A stretch of DNA of 64,000 bases. Origin: a virus. The stretch covers positions 1 through 64,000 of the IMG/VR virus record IMGVR_UViG_3300025141_000047; one strand, 5' to 3'. Shown one piece after another: positions 18,935 to 29,200 of this stretch (positions within the stretch are counted from its first letter, which is position 1; every line of letters starts with the position of its first letter). A program made the position numbers and the translations under genes. The notes beneath the pieces are model-generated. The model did not search any database, had not been told where the DNA came from, and was given only the letters and a program-made list of their open reading frames with translations.

Positions 18935-19328
18935 AGAACATTGTCAAATATGCAATCAAGACGGCCACTTATCGCATGATTGCTCGCATGATGATGAATG
19001 TAAATGTTGTCCTTGCGGGGAAGAATGCCAGATGTTTTGCACTTGCCCTAAATCTGCACCGCATATAGATAATGAAGATCACCGCAAATCAGCCGACAAA
19101 CCCTTTGAAAAAGCATGGACTTTGATGAAGTCCGATTGGTGGGAAACCATTGATTCGGAAATGGAGAAACCTGTTGCTCGTTTTGAAGGTGGACCGATTG
19201 ATTGCCCCGAATGCAAAGGCTTACATGGGGGAATGATTCGTGAAGAAGAAGGACACCTCAATTTTGTTTGCCCTGATTGCGGCTACATGGAAAACGCAAA
19301 GTATTTTCAACCCCTAACAAGTGAGTGA
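18921..19328 (+). CDS. Cys-rich protein: CCHC zinc knuckle + FEKAW tag + Zn ribbon
   Basis: CQICNQDGHLSHDC (CX2CX4HX4C); PFEKAWTLMKS; CPECKG...CPDCG. Confidence 0.7.
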   Translation: MKMTKEHCQICNQDGHLSHDCSHDDECKCCPCGEECQMFCTCPKSAPHIDNEDHRKSADKPFEKAWTLMKSDWWETIDSEMEKPVARFEGGPIDCPECKGLHGGMIREEEGHLNFVCPDCGYMENAKYFQPLTSE

Positions 19329-19332
19329 TTGA

Positions 19333-20478
19333 ATGTCAAATACAAATCTCGCTGAGGGTCATGAGAAAACGGCTACGGGCGCATCAACCTATCAAAACGA
19401 TGGCCTCCGTGATTCCGATGTCCTCACCAGTCCATCATTGACAAACAATGTTGAACGTGGACTTGGCAACGGCGTGATTCCGATCACCCTCAACCGATAT
19501 GATGAAGCCAACAGAAACAACCCTGTTAGCGGCAATTGTTGTGTTCGACCCAATGGAACATTGGGAACCACTTCGGAGATTTATGTTGATGCTGGCGTAG
19601 TTCAACTTGATGGAATGTTTTACAATGTCGGTTCGGCATCTGTATTGGATATATCGGCAGCGACGAATTATCATTCTGGCTATCATGGGTCGGCAATCCC
19701 AAACGGGACAAATCCAGGAGATGAAGCAATACTACTTGTCTATGTTGATCCTCGAAAGCCAAATAACATTGGATTTACATACGGCTCTTATGTTGATACC
19801 GCTACTGGACTATACCCCCAATCCTCTTCAAACCACCTTGTCTTGCAGAATACGGTATTAGCAGCCGTAAGGGTTGGAAAGGGGGCTTCTGCACCCGTAG
19901 TTCTCGCCATAGAGGACAAGAGGGTATTCATTAGGCCTGGTCCAGTTGCTTTGTCGGCAATTGAACATAGCGATGGTTCGGAAAACAACCTTCGGAATGA
20001 TTTCATAGGTGGGTTTAACGCCGCCGATTTACCGATTACCGATCTCGGAGTCTTGTTTGCTCGAAACCCAAGTGGGTTCGGCGCAACACCTCAAGGCGTA
20101 GGACAAACACATTTGTTCTTTCAATCAGATCTTGGTTTAGGACAAACACCTGATGGCGGAGGGACTTATCAAATCACGCCAGTTCATAAAACATCAATCA
20201 CCCCCTCTATTCCTTATGTTGGACCAACGGTTTTGCCTATTGGAACAGCAGCCCCTTCTGGTTTGCTTTACAAACCATTGTTAAGTGAGGAAGATGGCAC
20301 AACTCCTTTAGTGACTGTTGATGTATATGATGCGGCAAATGTGTATTTAGGCAGATCGCTTCCCCTTTTGGGATTCGTATTGAATCCAGGTGATTTGACG
20401 CTTATGGACCCTGCACCAGCAGGTTTTCCCACCGCAGCAAGCGCAGTAATCACCTATATTCATGCACAGCACACTTGA
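19333..20478 (+). CDS. putative virion (tail/baseplate-like) protein
   Basis: Gly/Ser/Thr/Asn-rich beta composition; IYVDAGVVQLDG and IEDKRVF patterns typical of phage tail proteins. Confidence 0.45.
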   Translation: MSNTNLAEGHEKTATGASTYQNDGLRDSDVLTSPSLTNNVERGLGNGVIPITLNRYDEANRNNPVSGNCCVRPNGTLGTTSEIYVDAGVVQLDGMFYNVGSASVLDISAATNYHSGYHGSAIPNGTNPGDEAILLVYVDPRKPNNIGFTYGSYVDTATGLYPQSSSNHLVLQNTVLAAVRVGKGASAPVVLAIEDKRVFIRPGPVALSAIEHSDGSENNLRNDFIGGFNAADLPITDLGVLFARNPSGFGATPQGVGQTHLFFQSDLGLGQTPDGGGTYQITPVHKTSITPSIPYVGPTVLPIGTAAPSGLLYKPLLSEEDGTTPLVTVDVYDAANVYLGRSLPLLGFVLNPGDLTLMDPAPAGFPTAASAVITYIHAQHT

Positions 20479-20483
20479 TATAC
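20474..20483 (+). promoter_or_regulatory. putative TATA-box promoter (CTTGATATAC)
   Basis: First T lies 31 nt upstream of leaderless ATG 20506. Confidence 0.4.
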
Positions 20484-20505
20484 AAGCAAATATGCGCTTG
20501 CTCTA

Positions 20506-20745
20506 ATGCTTCAACTTCAAAATGAGATTTTTTCTTATGAACGTTCTTGGGAACAAATAGAGGATATGCTGGTTCGTGCTGAAAAAAAGCAAAATGAATG
20601 GGTTATGAGATTTCATGAAGCCAAAGAATCAATGGATAAAGAAACCATGAGAGAATGCGCCCGAAACAAGAAGGCATTAGAAGGGGTAGTCAAAACACTT
20701 CGATGGACTTTGGGTGATCGTGGAATTGATAATCCTTTGAGTTAA
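20506..20745 (+). CDS. hypothetical helical protein
   Basis: Last + strand ORF; its stop abuts the stop of the convergent gene. Confidence 0.7.
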   Translation: MLQLQNEIFSYERSWEQIEDMLVRAEKKQNEWVMRFHEAKESMDKETMRECARNKKALEGVVKTLRWTLGDRGIDNPLS

Positions 20746-21972
20746 TCAGTAATCAAAAAGACTCTTCTTTTTCATCCCTCTTTGCACGTGTTCAGGAAAG
20801 TTCCTCAATCCGAGAACCTCAACTACGGGTGTTGCATTCCTTTTTGGTTTTCTCATCCATGTGTGGGTATCAAAATTGGCATCCAATAAATCATCAATCA
20901 TTTCTTGATTTGGCAAACCTGTTTGTGGATTGACCATGTAATTTGAATAAACAACTGGTCCATCATGTTCAGCCCCTATTTTGATTGTATCTCTTTGAAG
21001 TTGATCGTATAATCCCCCTTGTAATTGTTCATCGGAACCCCCATACTGTATTTTCCGACCAACATATTGAGGATCTAGGTATAGGAACTCATCGCCTTGC
21101 ATCAACTTTGCCGTATCTCTTAAATCTCCTGAATGTATTTCAACGTCTTTCAAACGGTTTGCATAACCGCTTAGATCAATTGAGCCAACATCACTTGGCA
21201 TCCACCGTATCTGTTTTCCATCCTTCATTGGGGGGTTTCTCCAACCAGATTTGTATGCTGGACCTTCAGTATATCGAGAGCCACCATACCATTCAGGGAA
21301 TTTTGCCTTTTGCTTAGGGCTTGTTGGATATTTCAAACCAAAGAATGATTGTTGATTTGCCCCAACTAAATTATGAGCCAATTCCATGTTTTCATCGTCA
21401 GTCAGATCCCGCCCCATGACATCTCTTTGGAATCTCAAATCATTAAACCGATCAATCATTTCAAACATTCTTTCTTTATTTTTAGGCAATTCAACATTAC
21501 CCATGCCTGTTTTCAGTTGTTGGAATAAATTAGTGTTATCAGGGTTAATGTCTGCAAAAAATCCTGTTCCCCTATTTAATCCGAGAATTGTTGAACCGCT
21601 TCCACCATAAAGTTCAGCAGGTCGAGCATCAGGGAAAAAATCAGCAAGACCTCTCATGTAAGGTTGAATACCTGTTTTTCCACCAACCCAATTTACAACT
21701 GTGGGAAGCATTTGTTCGCTTGATTTGAAACCTGGTTGTAAATCTTTGAATGAAGCACCACCCTTCATTTTAGACCACGATTTGTCTTGTAATTTACCAC
21801 TTTGATATGGAAAAGGGAATGGTGATAATTTCTTATTTTCCCCTCCCCATCCGTGAATTTGTTCATTGAGAAGGGGCATCAAATCATCCATGCTTTCATA
21901 GGATTTGCCTTCATGGTAAATATCGGCCTTCATCAGATCCCATGCTACATCAAACACCATATCAAGCCTCAC
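20746..21972 (-). CDS. Dam/D12-family N6-adenine DNA methyltransferase with N-terminal FDVAW tag (start possibly ATG 21960)
   Basis: NWVGGK, ELYGGSGS, ADINPD, YLDPQY (DPPY variant), VYSN. Confidence 0.8.
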   Translation of the reverse strand: MRLDMVFDVAWDLMKADIYHEGKSYESMDDLMPLLNEQIHGWGGENKKLSPFPFPYQSGKLQDKSWSKMKGGASFKDLQPGFKSSEQMLPTVVNWVGGKTGIQPYMRGLADFFPDARPAELYGGSGSTILGLNRGTGFFADINPDNTNLFQQLKTGMGNVELPKNKERMFEMIDRFNDLRFQRDVMGRDLTDDENMELAHNLVGANQQSFFGLKYPTSPKQKAKFPEWYGGSRYTEGPAYKSGWRNPPMKDGKQIRWMPSDVGSIDLSGYANRLKDVEIHSGDLRDTAKLMQGDEFLYLDPQYVGRKIQYGGSDEQLQGGLYDQLQRDTIKIGAEHDGPVVYSNYMVNPQTGLPNQEMIDDLLDANFDTHTWMRKPKRNATPVVEVLGLRNFPEHVQRGMKKKSLFDY

Positions 21973-22226
21973 CTCTTTGTGGAGGCTCTTTTGCCCCCTG
22001 CGCCTAATTGACGGCGCATGGCGGGTCGGACTGTTCCCCTGCTCTTGTTGCGCTTGTATCGGCGTTTGGTTCGCTCTCGCTTGACCTTGCGTGAAATGTC
22101 CCAGATGCGGTGTTCAGCCTGTCTGTATGGTCTGTCGCTGATGTTTGATTGCGTGTAGCCTCGAAAGCGGCCTTTACTGATTGAATCCCATGCGGCTTCA
22201 AACGGATCGGCGGAGGCTTTGAACAT
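21969..22226 (-). CDS. tagged, highly basic (protamine-like) protein
   Basis: DPFEAAWDSISKG followed by an Arg/Lys-rich region. Confidence 0.7.
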   Translation of the reverse strand: MFKASADPFEAAWDSISKGRFRGYTQSNISDRPYRQAEHRIWDISRKVKRERTKRRYKRNKSRGTVRPAMRRQLGAGGKRASTKR

Positions 22227-22234
22227 CTCTTCAC

Positions 22235-22717
22235 CTAAGCCATATTTTCCGTTGCATCATCGTAATAATCCATGAATCCTTCGGCAACTTCTTCCCAATC
22301 AACATCGCTCATTGCATCAACTTCACCATATCCACTTAATTCTTCATGAAAACCTTCAATATCCATCATTGCGGCAGGTAAGACCTTTGTTGCGAGCAAC
22401 GTTTTGACCTCATCTCGACTTTCACCCATATTAACTGCGGATTGAATGGCGTTTATGGTTGTAAAGTAAATGCTTTCAGTGTTTTGCGCCCATAATTCAG
22501 CACTACGGGTTGCCGTAGCCATGTCTTTTAGCATCAAAGACCAAGCAGTATCAAAGGACTTCTTTTGCATCATTCCAGATACAGCACCGCCAATCAAATT
22601 ACCTGCTGCTTGTTGAACTTTAGGATTCTTTGCTGCTGCCGCCCCAACTCTTGCTGCACCTGCAACCAGTGGTGCAACTTTTTCTTCATTCTTTTCATCG
22701 TTCTTTTCTTCGGACAT
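22235..22717 (-). CDS. tagged hypothetical protein
   Basis: Ala/Gly-rich N-part, SFDTAWSLMLKD, acidic helical C-part. Confidence 0.7.
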   Translation of the reverse strand: MSEEKNDEKNEEKVAPLVAGAARVGAAAAKNPKVQQAAGNLIGGAVSGMMQKKSFDTAWSLMLKDMATATRSAELWAQNTESIYFTTINAIQSAVNMGESRDEVKTLLATKVLPAAMMDIEGFHEELSGYGEVDAMSDVDWEEVAEGFMDYYDDATENMA

Positions 22718-23058
22718 TATCTCACTTCCATTAGAATATCAACACGGACTTCATTTGTTCCGTTCTTTGTGATAGGCATGAATGTTGCCCTAAAAGAAGG
22801 CGAATCAAGAGGGTTTGTCCCATGAAGGACAATCTCAGTGATGGCCTGTTCGCTGCTCAACTGGGTATCAAACAATGCACTTACAGATATAGTCCGATCA
22901 TCAATGCGTTGAATCAATGTGTCTTGGCTCATTTTGGTGTTCCCTGCGCCTCCATCACGGCTTGAGGCATCGGAAGTCCCAGAACCAAGCGAACACTTCT
23001 TGATGAGCGTTTGGAGGTGGTCGGTCAAAGCGGCTTTTAGGGGGTCAAGAACAGGCAT
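22717..23058 (-). CDS. putative tail-collar/baseplate-associated protein
   Basis: SLGSG...ITEIVL...RATFMPITK pattern; position at the end of the tail module. Confidence 0.45.
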   Translation of the reverse strand: MPVLDPLKAALTDHLQTLIKKCSLGSGTSDASSRDGGAGNTKMSQDTLIQRIDDRTISVSALFDTQLSSEQAITEIVLHGTNPLDSPSFRATFMPITKNGTNEVRVDILMEVR

Positions 23059-23285
23059 TATTTCACCTCCCTCATTGAACTTTTCACATCATGCCTTCTT
23101 GATTCGCAATAAGGTGTTTGGGGGTCCATGCACATATACGCAGGTTCGACAAAACGGCCACTTGAGCCAATAAATCCATCTTGATATTCCATTGGACCTT
23201 TGCATTCAGGGCAATCCATAGGAAGCATCAACTTGTGCCGACTTTTTCTTTTTAGCAACCCCCATGCTTTTTCAAATGCGCCCAT
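23058..23285 (-). CDS. tagged Zn-ribbon microprotein
   Basis: MGAFEKAWGLLKR; CPECKG...CMDPQTPYC. Confidence 0.7.
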   Translation of the reverse strand: MGAFEKAWGLLKRKSRHKLMLPMDCPECKGPMEYQDGFIGSSGRFVEPAYMCMDPQTPYCESRRHDVKSSMREVK

Positions 23286-23286
23286 A

Positions 23287-26200
23287 TCATTTCACCACGT
23301 AGTTGCGACTCTTACTCATGCCGATAGGGAATCCCCTCTTAGAATCATCCCTAACACCTATCTTTCCAAGCCCGTTTTTGTGTTTTGCACCGATGATGAA
23401 ACCTGTTTCATTGATGTTGCGAACACGGACTCTATGAACTGAAATGATATTGACGGATGAAGACATAGTGATGTTTTCTTTGGTGTTTTTATCGCCCGAT
23501 GAAAAATTCAATCCGCTAACATCAATTGTGCTTGTTTTTAAATCGGTCAAAATACCTTCAATTCCTTTTTCGTATTGAGCGATTGTAAGATCGGTCTTGA
23601 GAGAATGGAAACTATGTTTTGCTTCAAAAACAACGAACTTTCCAATAACGCCTTGAGTCGGTAAATTGATGGCGACCACATCACCTGCTGAAATTGAAGT
23701 TGCATTGATTAAACCGTATAATGTAATCATTGGCGCACCATTTTCAGCCCTCGCCAACAGGGTTTTAGCCAATTTACGTGCGGCTGATACGCTCTTAATT
23801 CCAGGTATTTGTTGTCGGAGGGTTTTGACTACTTCTTCCTCACTACCTGCCGATGCTTCACGTATTTTCTCGCTATCTCGGACTCGAATGAATACAATTT
23901 CATTCCCTGCGATAACATCTCCAACGATGACAATTTCATTTGGAGAATCAAATAATTTACTAACGGAAACCTTCTCAACTCCATTCTCAACGCCGATCCG
24001 AATGCCCTTTTCATTGAAAACTTTCTTTGAATAAATCAAAGCCCCGTTTCTTTCATTGATTATTTGTCGGCCATCAATCTGTGAAATGTTCCTTAGAACC
24101 TCCATTGTGTTCAAACCTTTTACTTCACGTGAAACATATTCAAGGCTATGGTCGTTAATCTGTTTCAACATTGGGTGTGCGCCCAAGTATTCTTCCATAT
24201 CTCTTGAATTTTGATGGAAGGCATTTGAAGGCGTGACTGAGATTCCTGATTGATTGCCCCCTGCATCATTCAATAGATGCAAAGCCGCATCGGTTGTCCT
24301 AATGCCGATATATCCATTTTGTGCTGCGATTACATCACCGACAACCATTCCTGAGTCGGAAAGCGTTTTACCTGATAAATCATTGAAAACCATGAACGTT
24401 TCGCCTTCTTCGGTGATGATTTCAGCAACACGCCATTTCATGTTGTGTGAATCAATCACATACGGTGGTGAAAAAGTGCTTGAAAGAGAACGGCCATCAA
24501 CCTTTACACTTTGAAGCCCGTTTTTGTTCTTTATTGCCCCCTTTTCACCATTACTTATGATGAATGGTTGTTGCGATGCCATGATGAAATCCGATGGCTC
24601 GTAAGCAATCAAACCTCGATAATTTAATGGAGTCTTTACGACTTCATTCTTTTCATTATCAAAATGATACCACGCTTGAGATTGAATTTTCATAGCAACA
24701 ACGGCGTTATCAATGAATGTTGGCGAGATCGCTTGAACAACCAATGGGCTTCTGGCATCGTCAATAACTCCTGTGGATGAAGAAACATCGGTATAATACA
24801 ACTCCAATCCTGTGAAATCCGATATTGTTAAGCCGCCTAAATCAACAATTGTTCCAGTGGTGGTTATGTCGTTTTTGGTTATTGAAGTGTAAGTGATTGA
24901 ACCTGTGTGTGAGAGAGCAAATAACTTTCCAGTTGGAGGCAAAATTGAAGCATCATCAACTAAGAAAACGCCACCCCCTTTGCTGGCCTTAACTGTGATA
25001 CGTGGATAATACCTCATTGCCTCTTTTGATTGAGAAACCTTTCCAGTGAAAGTATGTCGTGCATGATCACCCATAACGCCAGACACCAAATCATATTTGG
25101 TTTCGGATTGATAAATCGGTTCATTACCTCCTGTTGAGAATGATTGTGAATAGCGTGGCTCAACGGATGGGAGGATTTGCCCATCAACAATTCGGTGTGC
25201 ATCGGATTTGGAAAATTGAAGCATATTTGCTGTTGGAATCAAATGCCAAGTAATGTCATATTCATTTGCATTTGGATATTCGATTGAGAATGCCGACCCT
25301 GCCGAAGTGATCGGTTCAACTTTGTTTTCACCCCTTGCATAATTCATCTCAAACATACCATACCTCTTATCACGGTCAAATGGCATTGAGGCAAAAGCCG
25401 ATGTTGAGATAGAGCATCGTGGACCCAAAACCCATCCGTCTTGAAGAAGATCGGAGGCAAAACCAAACAATTTTAATGGCCTTACTGGTCTTACGATGTA
25501 ATCAACATACTTTCTTTGAGGGTGCGAACTTGTAGGATAATTTGAATTTGAGTCCAGTTCGGTGCTTAATGAATCATCGTTTTCTTCTGTTCGATTGAGA
25601 TATGTTTTTCGGAGAATATACACCCCTCCCCATGCAGGGAGTCCACTAACGCCTCGAACAGTCCATGAATCTAAAGCATGAGTCTTGTAATCTGTTCTTA
25701 CCGTATCTGTTGAGAGAAGGCCGCTAATTGCGCCTTTAGCGTTATTTGAATCAGGACTCCATGTAGGTTTGATTCTAAAGTCTGGGGCGGCTGAGGTTGA
25801 ACCTGTCCCATCCACCGAAAAACCATTATTCGCTAAGAATGTTTTAATCGTATGTGATGGCAAAACAGGGAATTGTCGCCCAAGCATGAGATCGGTGTGT
25901 AATGACAAAGCACGTGTTCCTGTGACCGCATAAGAAACATCTTCATTTTTGTTCCTCTCACTTTCAACTTCCATAATCAATCCTAAGCGTGGTTCTGTTC
26001 TTGCTTGAACTTGCCTTGTGTCGGAGATTTCATTTAGAACATCTGGCCTTGTTTCAACAATGTTAGCCCCGCCTGAGTATTGTGTATGGGAAAACCCATT
26101 TGGAGGGTATGATGTTTTACTATCTGTTTCATGATAGGCATGAAAGTTCGTGTGCAGCGCATTGCCTTTTAATTTGTAAAAATTTGATGGCGCACCAAAC

Positions 26201-29200
26201 CGAGTTGTTGCATCGGTTGTCAAAATCCCCCCTGCTGAATCCTGTTGAGGATATGTTGGGCTTCCACTTCTTTGCACAAGATCCATAAATGGGTCGCTTC
26301 CTTTGTTGATTGGTTTTGTATCTGTTGGCCTCATGTGTCCTGTATGCAAATAAGACACGGATATTGGGTTTATCGCAATGTCATATTTTCGAGCCAAATA
26401 AGCCTCCACTTCATACTGTTCAGCCGTTGTCAATTTACGATCATACTGAATTACCTCAGCAATTTTCCCATTCAAATGATAGGATGAAGGGACACTACCA
26501 ACTTGATAAGTCCCACCCGTTGCACGATAAAATCCACCTGTGACTGTCCCTGCTGATGGTTCCATGTAGCCGTTTTGGTAAAGTTCAAGGGTTGCAGTTG
26601 AACCGCCTCCATCACCTCCAAAAATTTTACCTGTCAATAACGCCGCTTCGCCTCCAACCGCAGTATCATTTGGCGTGACCGCTTGAATCCATCCACTATT
26701 CGCCCCGCCCCATAATTGATATTCGTTTCCAGAATCCATTCTTGCATACAGATTAAACCCACTTCGAGCAACAGGCGTTCCTGAACGTGATTCAACAAGT
26801 CCGTGAACGTTTCCATCATCGGAATCAACAAAACCAACAACAAACACAGTCGTTTCAATGGAGTTCAATTTTTCTTGGAAAGGTAAAGACAAGAAATCGT
26901 TGCCGTCGCAATCAATAACAGGCATATTGTTCACAGATGAATTGCGTTTGATGAATGTTGGTTGAGCCGAAGCCGTTCCTTGTGTGAACTCCCATTTGTT
27001 CGGTGAAGAATCAATCCATGAACTTACTGATGCGCCGTCTTTCAAATCTAAAGAATCGGCCTTTAACCATAGAACAGGATTGCTAATTGGAAGAGTTGTA
27101 GGTCGGTTATCATCTAATTCATAATCCCAAGCACCTGCGGCCATTGAATCTGGCGAAAGCATCCCGTTTTGAGTAATCCCTAATGTTGCACCAATCCCGA
27201 TGTTGTCAATTTTTTGATTGGTTGCATTCAAGTTCTTTTCAAACGGGTGCGCCTCCGCCGTGAAATCATTTGCTACAAAACCAACTGGAACGGTTCTTTC
27301 AAGGCCATAACTGAGTCTAAAGTTCGTATCAAAGGAGAAAGCATCGTCTTTAGCAGTAAGTCCATTCCCAGGTAGATCTTCCATTGAGTCGTGTTTTCCT
27401 CCGTCAAAACGACCACTTTCAGCCATCGCATACGTGTTTTGTGTTTCGGTTGGATCGCCAGCAAGCATATTTTGTCCGTTTGAAGCGGTTCTTATGCCCC
27501 ATGCTCTTACGGGCAATCGTCTGCTCATGTCAATTCCAACACAAGGATTCAAAACAAAGAATTGACGGTTCAAATCCTCATTATCGGAGTCTAAATCAAT
27601 GCCCTTGACCACCGCTAAAGTTGAGTTGGGATTCAAAGCATCGCCAATACCTTCTCCACGTGAATATCGTTTTGTTCCGTTTTGGTTGTAAAGTTGAATT
27701 GTCCCATGTGCTTCTCTTCGAGTTGTATGACCCATCAAAACAGCACCTACGCCTCTCAACCCCTCAACATTTCCATGCCCCCCTGCATTCAACCCATTGT
27801 AAGCATAATTTTGCATCCATTGATTCACATAAATTCTTTCAAAGGGAGATGCAATTTGAGGTGAACCTGCATTTGCGCCAACATGATAACCATTTGGTGA
27901 AAAGTTGCGTAGTAAAAGACCTCTTGTTGCAGGGTAATTTAATGAACGTGGCATCCCTGCTTCACGGTATCTAAAAGCCATGAAATGTTCACGCATTGTT
28001 CCAAAGAATACAGGGTGGCTGTATTCAGCCAACCATGTGCAAAGGAACGCATCAGGGGTTCCTCCATTTGCTGTGTTTTGTGATTTTGTCAAAGCAAAAT
28101 CCGCCCAATCGGATTCATCAGCAGTTGAATAAGAGGTGGCTGGAACTGTTGCGTGTTGGGGTTGGGGCGTAGCAGCCACATTCAACAATTCGGGATCGTG
28201 AGCCATCAAAGGTGGAACTGTTGCTAATTCAGTCGCAACACGTGGCCTTATGACTCCTTCATGAAAACCTCGAACAAACCAATTCCCTAATCCATCAATA
28301 GCAACTCTTTTTATCGGCTCAGGCCGACCTCCGATAGCCAAATAATTGTTCAAAAAGAAACCGTTAATCATCATTTCACTTGCAGTATTGAATCGCCTCC
28401 CTGTTAAAGAACTGCCTTGTAGGGTTAATTTTGTTGCGCCTCCCGTTGAAATAGAACCGCTTATCTCAGTATTGGCGAAGGACACTTTTTCTGGTGTTCC
28501 ATTTACATTGGTGTGCTTTTGTCCTGGTGCAAAGAGATAGTCGGGAATGCTTCTATGTGTTGCAGACGTATATGCCCCATCAGCGTCATATAGCCTCATT
28601 CCTTTTAATTCATCGAGGGGCAATCCATCCGATACAAAAGAGCCTGTGCTATACACGGCTGAACCGTTTTTGACATCTATGGTGTCAAGTTCAAATGTTG
28701 TTGCACTGTTTGTCGTGTTGGTGTTTCCAAAACCAAAATGTTTGTATTCTGTTTCAGCCTCAAACATCAAAGAATACGCTGAACCATGAGATCGGTGCAG
28801 TTGCCGCCTCATTGAAGTTGGCGTTCCTCTATGGCAAAGAGGCATAATGAATGAATGGCCTTGCCTTCCAAATCGAACACGATGATGAGCGATTGGGTTT
28901 CCTGTTTCAACCCCATTATTGGTTTGAGTCAATAAACTGCCTCTTTCTGTATGATCAGCCATCCTGTGTGAAGAAAATAAGCGTGTAGTCCCGCTTGGAA
29001 TTGTGCCAATGGCAACACTTGATTCTAAACCGAATGAGTCTTGTATTTTGCTATGTAAAATACGCTCACAATGGAAAATCAAAGTTCGGTCATGCGTGTC
29101 ATACTGAGAACATTCATCGCTATTTAGTTCAGCATCCCCCGCTTTTCTTGGATTAGGGGCGGATAACCCGCCCATTCCCCATGTTTGATTTGACCATGCC

